Source: Basidioascus undulatus (lineage: Eukaryota). From it: a DNA stretch of 64,000 nt. Of the stretch, positions 56,433-64,000 are shown piece by piece; within the stretch, counting starts at the first letter, position 1, and every line of letters begins with the position of its first letter. Made by a program: the position numbers and the translations under genes. Under the pieces are notes generated by a model. It made no database searches. It was not told the origin of the DNA and worked only from the letters and a program-made list of their open reading frames with translations. The stretch is taken from NCBI GenBank assembly GCA_000826855.1, contig JTLS01000002.1, positions 1 to 64,000 on the forward strand, in the 5' to 3' direction.

Positions 56433-59115
56433 GCATTCGGCAGCTGGTCTCCTTCCGCGCTTTCTCCTGTTCCACCCGTTAGTGTCCTGTGCCGCATCGC
56501 CTTTCCATTGCTTCTTGCATTGTCTCATCGCTCTGTTTCCTCGCACCTTGTTGTATTGTACTCTTTGTCTTTCCTTTGTTTTAGTCGCCGTTTTGCCCGT
56601 CTCTTATGCGTCCGCTGTTCGTCTTTGGAGCTCATATACAGGCATGACCACTATATCTGGACTTGTGCCGGTTGGCTTGCGTTTGTAAGCCTGCAGACCG
56701 ACTGTGAGTAAGAGCTAAGAACGCCTGCTGCGGCCGCTTGGTGGCTGCCATGCCATCTCAACCCGCCGTGCCAGCCGTCCAAACCGCACACACACAACGC
56801 ACATTCACGCGATGAGCCCTGGTGGCTGAGTTGCGAAATCTACAAAAACAATAGAATTGGTCGCTAAGGCAACTCAGTCAAACGAAGACCAGAAGTTGTT
56901 GAAAGGCGGAAATTGCGGAACGTGAGGCGGAACACGCAGAACAGGTGTATCTGGCCGGCACGGACCGCTGTCGGCGAACTATCCACGCATCGTCGACCCG
57001 CTGGGCACGCCGTGTGTCCGTGGTCCACCCGAGCTCGTTGCTCGCTGCCTCGGAGGTCGTGCGCTCGCTATGCCACACCTTACCAATGCCGTCCCCATTG
57101 CACGCTGCAATGCTCCTCGCCGTGAGAGGTTGAGGCCGTCGCCCATGAGAAGGGTTATCGTTCCTATGAAAGGAGGAACCTGACCGAAAGTGCCGGGTTA
57201 CCTCTCCCCATCATTTTCTTAAATCATGCATCAGTCCTTTTTATTGTAACAATCACCTTATGCATTCCCATGTTCCTTTAACGAGCCGGAAGACTTGGGA
57301 ACAGGGCCATGTGTCCGGAGCGAAGGAAACGCTTGCTTGTGCGACGCGAGAGGCGTCTGAGGGAGAGGGTTCAAGGCCGCACCGTGCTAAATTACTGAGA
57401 CAATGGACTCTGCCAAATTTGACACTCATGTCAGGTGCTAGCTGCCGACCTGAGGACTCCTTACGCTGGAATCTTCATAGCAGTTCTGAGCAGGTCTGTG
57501 TCCAGACAGTAGCAACGAAGCGGGCAATGCGCTCCAGATCGGGCTTGAACATCATGGATACGCGGCGCCGCGAACAAGTTCTTTCAGCTTCCGACGTGAC
57601 TACTGGAGTTGAAGGAAAATAACGGGATTGTGTAACAATGACCCTGACTTGAGGCAGTGTCGAGGCTCCAGGTGCAGTGGATGAAAAGTGTGGGACCCCT
57701 GGCTAGTCAGCGTCCCGTTTGCGCGTAGTTGGAGTTCAGCAGGTGCGACCAGCCTGGCACCGGGCATCGATTCAAAGATTAGTCGTTCTGAACATCTTCC
57801 ATTATGCTTCTAACAGGAAGATGTGACACAGTCGGTATAAGCACGTGGTGTCGCGCAGTAGCGGATTTCAACAGTTGAAACGTTGCAGACCTCCGTCGCT
57901 CCCATTCGTTCCAGCACAGCTCAGCCTTAACTTGATAATTACTCATGTAAACTTTTGCTATCCGAATTTTCACTGCTCCCAAGCCGTGTCGGCGCCGAAG
58001 TGATATACGCAGACTGCAAGATAGCGTGCTGCACGGTGACAGGAAGACTCGGCACTGGAACAAGCCGCAATTATCTCTGGCTAAGGGGAACCGAGGGTCT
58101 GCTACCGGTACGCATTCCTCGACGTTTGAGAAGGTTGCATGCTCGAGATATATTTTCCTCCCTCCTGCCTCTTGTTGTCTTACTATTGTTACCGGTATTC
58201 AAACATGGGCCTGCATTGGTCGATACTTCTCGTTCACAGGCGGACTATGGCAAGGGACGCCCCAGAAGTCGGAAGGCCTTCAGCAGCCGCTTCGAGGTTA
58301 GAATATTTAGAATACTGCCAAGCAAGCGACAGAGAGCATAGGTCCGTGTAACGTACAACTTTGAAGGCCATCCGCAGTGGGCCGCCTACGGTCGTTGCGG
58401 TTGAGCTCGAGGCGCTTGCGGTCGTTGTCGCTGTTGGGGCGGCGGAACATGACCTTGTCGCCCTGCATCTCACAGTTGGAGAATCCTGCGACTTAGGTCC
58501 TCGCGGCCCCTGTGGGGGCAGTCAGGCGTTATCAGCAAGCGCATCCACCCTACTGAACTAGCATGGCCTGTTCGAGCAACCCACTGGAAGTTGCGGGCGT
58601 CGGAAAGGGTGCCTGTGGAGCTTATCATACTCAGCACAATAAAACAGGAGGATAGGCCGAGAACACGAATAATACGCACCCTCGCCGAAGTCGCGTGCCT
58701 CGTAGTTGCAGCGCAAAGAGCACGCTACTGGTGGCGGTTCGGCTCCGGATGAAGATTACCGCTTTCGCACTGCTTATTTGCGCTTTCCCGCAGTTTCATA
58801 CGAGCATGCAAACTTATCTGGTGCGATAGTCCGCTTCCACACAGAAGAGTCGAACTAGTCATATGTTAAGAAAGGATTTTGTGAGACTTCGATGTGAGCA
58901 TAGTCAGTAGTGGTTAGACCGGACAAGGTGCCCTCATGTAAAGCGCGTGCTGGGCTGTCAGACGCTCGTGAGGTGTATGGCGGAACTTCAAAAAGATAAT
59001 AAAAAATAAAAAATTACGTCTCCTCTCAGACTTCCTTCCAGAAGAATCATCGGGCATGTAAGCCGTCGCTTTTAAGTCGTGGGCATATAAGTCGTGGCAT
59101 AAATTGGCAGCCATG

Positions 59116-61630
59116 TCACGCCGCCTTCTCTCCCTCAACATCCTTGGGACCCGATGCCTTTCGTTGCACTTCCTCCGCCTCACGATCGAGCGTCTCGAGC
59201 ACCATCCTAATCGACCATGCCATGACCGGTGTCATAGGGAACAGCTCAGGCTCCTTCCCTGATTTCCACCCCGCGCGAATCCGCCCGTCTACCCCTTCAC
59301 CGCGGCCATGACGACCGTCGACCCCCGCACCAAGGATCTCGAGGTCGCCCTCGCCGAGAATGCTGCCCCAGCTACGCGTGCCGTGCATGCTGTAAGCCTG
59401 AGAGGGCCTGAAATCCAAGCCCTACGGGAGCGGCCTACCGAACTTCAGCTACTCTTGCCCTCAACAGGCCATCTACAGCTTCCGCGCCGAACGCCCGCCG
59501 CGCCGGGTAGAAAGCGAGCCCTTCCTGGTCGGCATGCGCGCTAAGCAGAGCTCGCAGGAGAGGAAGCGTGTTGGGCGGCGGAGATGGCAAGGGATGCGGC
59601 GGAAAGAGGTGGTTCGAGAGGAGAATGAAGGCTTGTGTAGGGTGCGCGGAGGATGTTACTGTCATCCGCATCAAGGACGGGACGACGTCAGTTTGGGTTG
59701 AATGCAAAGGAAGAATACCTGTCGAAAGTCGTATTGGTACGAAGCACGTACCGGGAGTCCCTTCTTCCACCCATTCTTTGACAAACTCTGTTGTGCAGGA
59801 ACCGTTTCTGTAAGTCGTCACTGGAGCGGAAGGGCGAAAAAGAAATGCAACACGCACCCTCCCAGTGCACGAGCTTGCCCCCAATCACTTCATAGATCGC
59901 GTCAAACTCGTCGCGCAGATGAGCATGCAGATGCGCTGGCACGGAAGGCAGCAGCGCCGTCTCGAGGTACCGATGCGCGAGAGACTTTGTCGGGTCCGTC
60001 AGATGGCAAAAGGTGCAATGTTGAGCGACGTTGTCTGGCACGCCATACAGTCCCATGTTTCAGCCTCAATCGGGAGGGTGCGGGGAACATAATCAGACCG
60101 ACGTTGAATGAGCGTGTCCCTATCAAGATACATGAAGCGACTTTAGGCGGGCTTCGACTTTCGGGTCGATCAGAGGGGAGGGCGCACATGTAGAACGAGT
60201 CAGACGTCGCTTGAATGATGTGCGCCAGACGCTCCTGCTTCGTGAGCACCACGAAGGCATCCAACACCGTCTTCATGAGCTCCGGCGATTCAGATATCAG
60301 GACCGGGAACTGAGCTTGCTCCGTCAGTGCCATTGTGCGGGTGTGATGCAGTAAAGATCAGAAACGCACTCGGTGGGCTTCGTCGAAGAGGATGACTGGG
60401 ATCTATCATGGAGACGTTAGTTGCAGTATGCGATGTGAAGATTTCCGCGCTCACCAACCTTCTTCGGAACACGCTGGCCCGTAGGCACACGCTCCGCTGG
60501 CTCCATCAGCTTCTGGTCGGGCCCCGCTGGATCCTCGTCCTCGTCGAGCGCCTTGTTCACTTCGACGTTCTCCTTCGCAGGCTCCCAGTTCCAGTACCTG
60601 AGCAGCGCATTCTACATCCCGTTCTGGCGGGCGTGAGCCTGCGGTTTCCGCAAGGGCAGCAGGACGAGATGGCGCACCTGCACAAGCTCAAACAGCCTGC
60701 TCAAATCGCGCGCGCCGATTTGCTTGGCCTCGTCGGGAAGCCCCTCGCCGGTGAGGCGCCGCTCCACGTCCAGCCGCGCGTGTTTGATTCCTAGAGAGAG
60801 CGATTCCGCCTCGTCGAGGTACCCGTCGAGCTCCTTTCCGAGCTGGAGGAAGAAAGACTCGAACAGCTGGGAGAGGGCGACTGGGAGTATAGGAGGGGCG
60901 TGAGTTTGGTGAGCGATTCTGAGAGTTCATGATCGATGACGGATGGCTCGCACAGTACAGGGAGGGCGCATCGGCGAAGCCGGCTATGCGGAAGTCGCTG
61001 AATGAAAGGGAGTCTCAGCTCATAGTCTTCAGCTCGTGTATGTAGAGAAACGCACATGGGTAGCACGAGATATCTTGGGCTTGTCAAGATCTGCCTGAGC
61101 ATGCTCGTCTTCCCCGTGCTGTGGGCAACACGTCAAAGATAAGCTCCCGTTCCTTCCTCTGGGATTTCAAGCAAGCGATGCACCTGCTCGCGCCAAACAG
61201 GACAGTGAACGTCGCCTGCCCCTCGAGCACGCGCTTGATCCGGTCCTCCTCGACCTTGCGTTCAAAGTACCCGGGCGCACGCACGAACGTCCGCACGGGC
61301 GGGAGACGCTGGCGCTCCTTCTCCTCGGCCATCTCCGCGCGGACCTTCTCAAGCTCGCGCCGCGCCTCGGTCAGCTGGGAGAGCGTCTGGGCGGGGTTGA
61401 GGGCGGCATCTTTATGGGCCAAGTGGAAAGAAAATACGACGTGATGTTAGGGGTCTGGAGCTGTCTGGGGCTGAGGAGGGCAAGGGATGGGACGTGCTGA
61501 CGAGGTCGCCCATGCCGAAGAACGAGCGGAGTGGGGGGAGCGAGGGAGGCGAAATGGCCGGACGAGGCAGGGTCTGACGATGGCGACTCAGGGTGTTCGA
61601 GCGCAGGCGGACGCGACGGACGAGGAGCAT
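59116..61630 (-). CDS. Uncharacterised P-loop NTPase-fold protein with an Arg-rich presequence-like N-terminus
   Basis: MLLVRRVRLRSNTLSRHRQ...; YFERKVEEDRIKRVL; spliced Walker A TVLFGAS|STGKTSML; DFRIAGFAD; LTKQERLAHIIQATSDSFY; IYEVIGGKLVHW. Confidence 0.8.
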
Positions 61631-62098
61631 CGTCGCGATCGATGGATTATCGACGTCGACACGATTCGACGCGTTTGAGCGATAAGCGAGGGTTTGTTCA
61701 GCCACCAAGCGAGGCAAGAGATGAGTTAGGTATTATGTGGAATGTGAAATATAGGTCAGATTCGAGGTGTACGATGATGACGGGCTGCGATATGGTGGAC
61801 GAAGGAAGGGGAGGAGGGGAGGGGCAGCCAAGGTTGGGAACCAGGCGTCGATGCCGTCACGACGCGACGCGTGCGCGGTGGCTGGCACCGCGAAGACTCC
61901 GAGGTGACCATGATATTTTTTGCATGGCAGACATGGTACTCTCGTAAAAAAGTTTCGGGAGATTATTGAGGGAAAATATCTTCAGGTTTTACGAAAGTCG
62001 AACCTGGACGTGACAAAGCGCGCTCGCGGTCGGGTTTTTCTCGTTCTCTCAAGTCCATACACCTTCAAACCTCCATATCTTCTCCCAATCCACGCCCA

Positions 62099-64000
62099 CT
62101 ACATCCTAAACACCCCAAAGCCCACATCCTTCCCGTCCCAGCTCTCATGCCTCGGTCTGCCCGACGCGCGCCCGTCCTTCGCCGCGAGCGCCAGGCCGAG
62201 CCCGACGGCAGAGCGCGTTTCGTGAGGGAGGATGACTGTTGCGCTCCAGTGTCAGAGAAGATCACAGGAGAATTGGAGTGGGAATATGAGGATTTAGGAA
62301 GGGAAGGGAAGAGGGAGGAAACGCACTCCCATCGTCCCACAGCCGCGCGGAAGCGTACAGCGCCGTCGACTGCGTGTCGATCTGCTCCCGCAGGGCGGCG
62401 TGCTTCGTCGGGTCACTGTTTCTCATCACAATTCCACCATAAATTCGGTAAATTATCGAATACCATGAGCCAGACTTGAGGTGTTACGGACCTTGACACG
62501 GTATTCATGACCGATGAGAGCTGCTCGCCGCCCATGACGCCAACTTTCGCATTCTGCACAAACCCACATCGCGTGTTCAGCTTGCTTGCCTCTACAAATT
62601 CTACCTATAGTTTATAACTTACCGGCCACATCCACAAGAACCGCGGCGAGTACTGCGCGCGTTGCCGTCAGCTTAGGTTCTGCAACTGCAAAAAGGAGAG
62701 GACATACAGCGCGCCCGCACATGCCTGCTCAGAGGGAAAAGATTAGCATCAACTTGTGTTGCACTAACCTAATCAGTGTAAACGTAGACCGCACCGTAGT
62801 TACCCGCCCTGCCCTCCCCTCAGTCAGTCCGCGCGCTGAGCCTGATTTCAAAGCAGCTGCTCAGACTCACCCGAACGACCCGCCCACGACGACCGTAAAC
62901 TTCGGCACGTCCGCGCACGCTACCGCCCTGACCTATCCGCTCCCACAAGGACTGAGTATGTACTCAAGATGGGCTCGAGCAGGGCAAGTGTAGCGCGCGC
63001 GAAGCAACGGACCATCTTCGCCCCGTCCTTTGCGATCCCGCCCCGCTCCGCCTTGCTGCCGACCATGTATCCTGGCCAACCATCACACCAACGCATCAGC
63101 TTCAGTTTCGTTGCCTCTACCCAGAACAAAAAATAATTGCTGACCCGTAACGTTCACCATAAACAACAGCGGCACCTTACGCTGCGAGCAGAGCTCGATA
63201 AAGTGTGCGGCTTTCAGAGCAGAGGGGGAGAAGAGGATGCCGTTGTTTGCGATAATGCCCTTTTCTCCAGCCCTCGCAGTCAGTACTGCAGTCTCGAAGT
63301 GGACGAACAGGGACAGGCGGACGCACCACCGGGTACCCGTGCACCCTCGCAAAGCCCGTGACGATCGTCGGGCCGTACGCCTTCTTGAACTCGTCAAAGC
63401 GCGAGCCGTCTACCACACGTGCAATCACGTCCTACAACCCCCTCCCCTCTCCAGTCAGTCAGCCAGCTCCCAGCGGGAAGCAGGGAGGAAGGCCCGCCCG
63501 ACGCACACGCATGTCGAACGACCGCCGCGTATCGACGCCTACGATACCGCCGAGCTCCTCAGCCGGGTAGAGCGGGTCTTCAGCTGCGTACAGAGGTGTC
63601 TGTTTCATTTTTATTCTCTTGTTCAGCTCTGTCCGAAGGGTTGGAGGAAGGATGGGAGAAAAGCGCACCCCCGCGTTCAAAGGCACGTTCAGATTCGCCA
63701 CTGCCCTCCGCGCCATCGAGAGCGCCTCGTCGTCCGATGAGGCGAGGTAGTCGGTCACGCCGCTCTGGAAACAAAAAACGGGAGTGGAAGAAGTTTTGGT
63801 CAGAAGGATGCAGGGGAGGCAGAGGAGGAGGTTCGGACACGCCTCGGAGGAATGCATCTCCCCACCGCCGAGGGTCTCTTCATCGACGACCTGAGAAGGC
63901 AGATGTGTCAGACGAAGCTTCGTTTGATGAGATGTAATGTGGGTGCGGGTGCCCACCTCGCCTGTGGCTGCTTTAACGAGCGGGGGTCCAGCGAGGAAGA
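62099..64000 (-). CDS. MCCC2: 3-methylcrotonyl-CoA carboxylase beta subunit, 3' part; 5' end lies outside the window
   Basis: [112 protein letters not shown]; terminal FGVFRM*. Confidence 0.95.

Noticed and set aside
57260..57622. 120-aa plus-strand ORF
   Set aside because: No motif, splice structure or coding-like composition to support it.

Overview
GC-rich, intron-dense eukaryotic DNA. Short introns have GTGAGT/GTGCGT/GTACGT donors, GCTGAC/CTAAC branch points and YAG acceptors, consistent with a basidiomycete fungus, probably a Rhodotorula-like Pucciniomycotina yeast (inference). Most long six-frame ORFs are antisense shadows or exon/intron read-throughs. Recognisable genes in order: a low-complexity hypothetical protein (partial), a synaptojanin-like phosphatase, an SDR, NAA25/MDM20, GAA1, a USP48-like DUB, an F-box protein, a hypothetical protein, a DHA2 MFS transporter, LUC7, a MUP1-like permease, POP5, OGG1, a second F-box protein, a KDM5/JARID1 demethylase, a P-loop protein and the 3' part of MCC beta. 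The least ordinary part is about 38.8-45.5 kb. It holds a broken adenylation (AMP-binding) gene divergent from an ABCB transporter relic with a very large internal deletion, an ATG-less signal-peptide exon and a hidden six-exon ORF. Other points are an in-frame GC-AG first intron in LUC7 and a UIM plus NZF tail on the USP48-like protein. No tRNA, rRNA, CRISPR or intact transposon was recognised, and I found no demonstrably new intact system. Gene models were hand-spliced, so boundaries are approximate.
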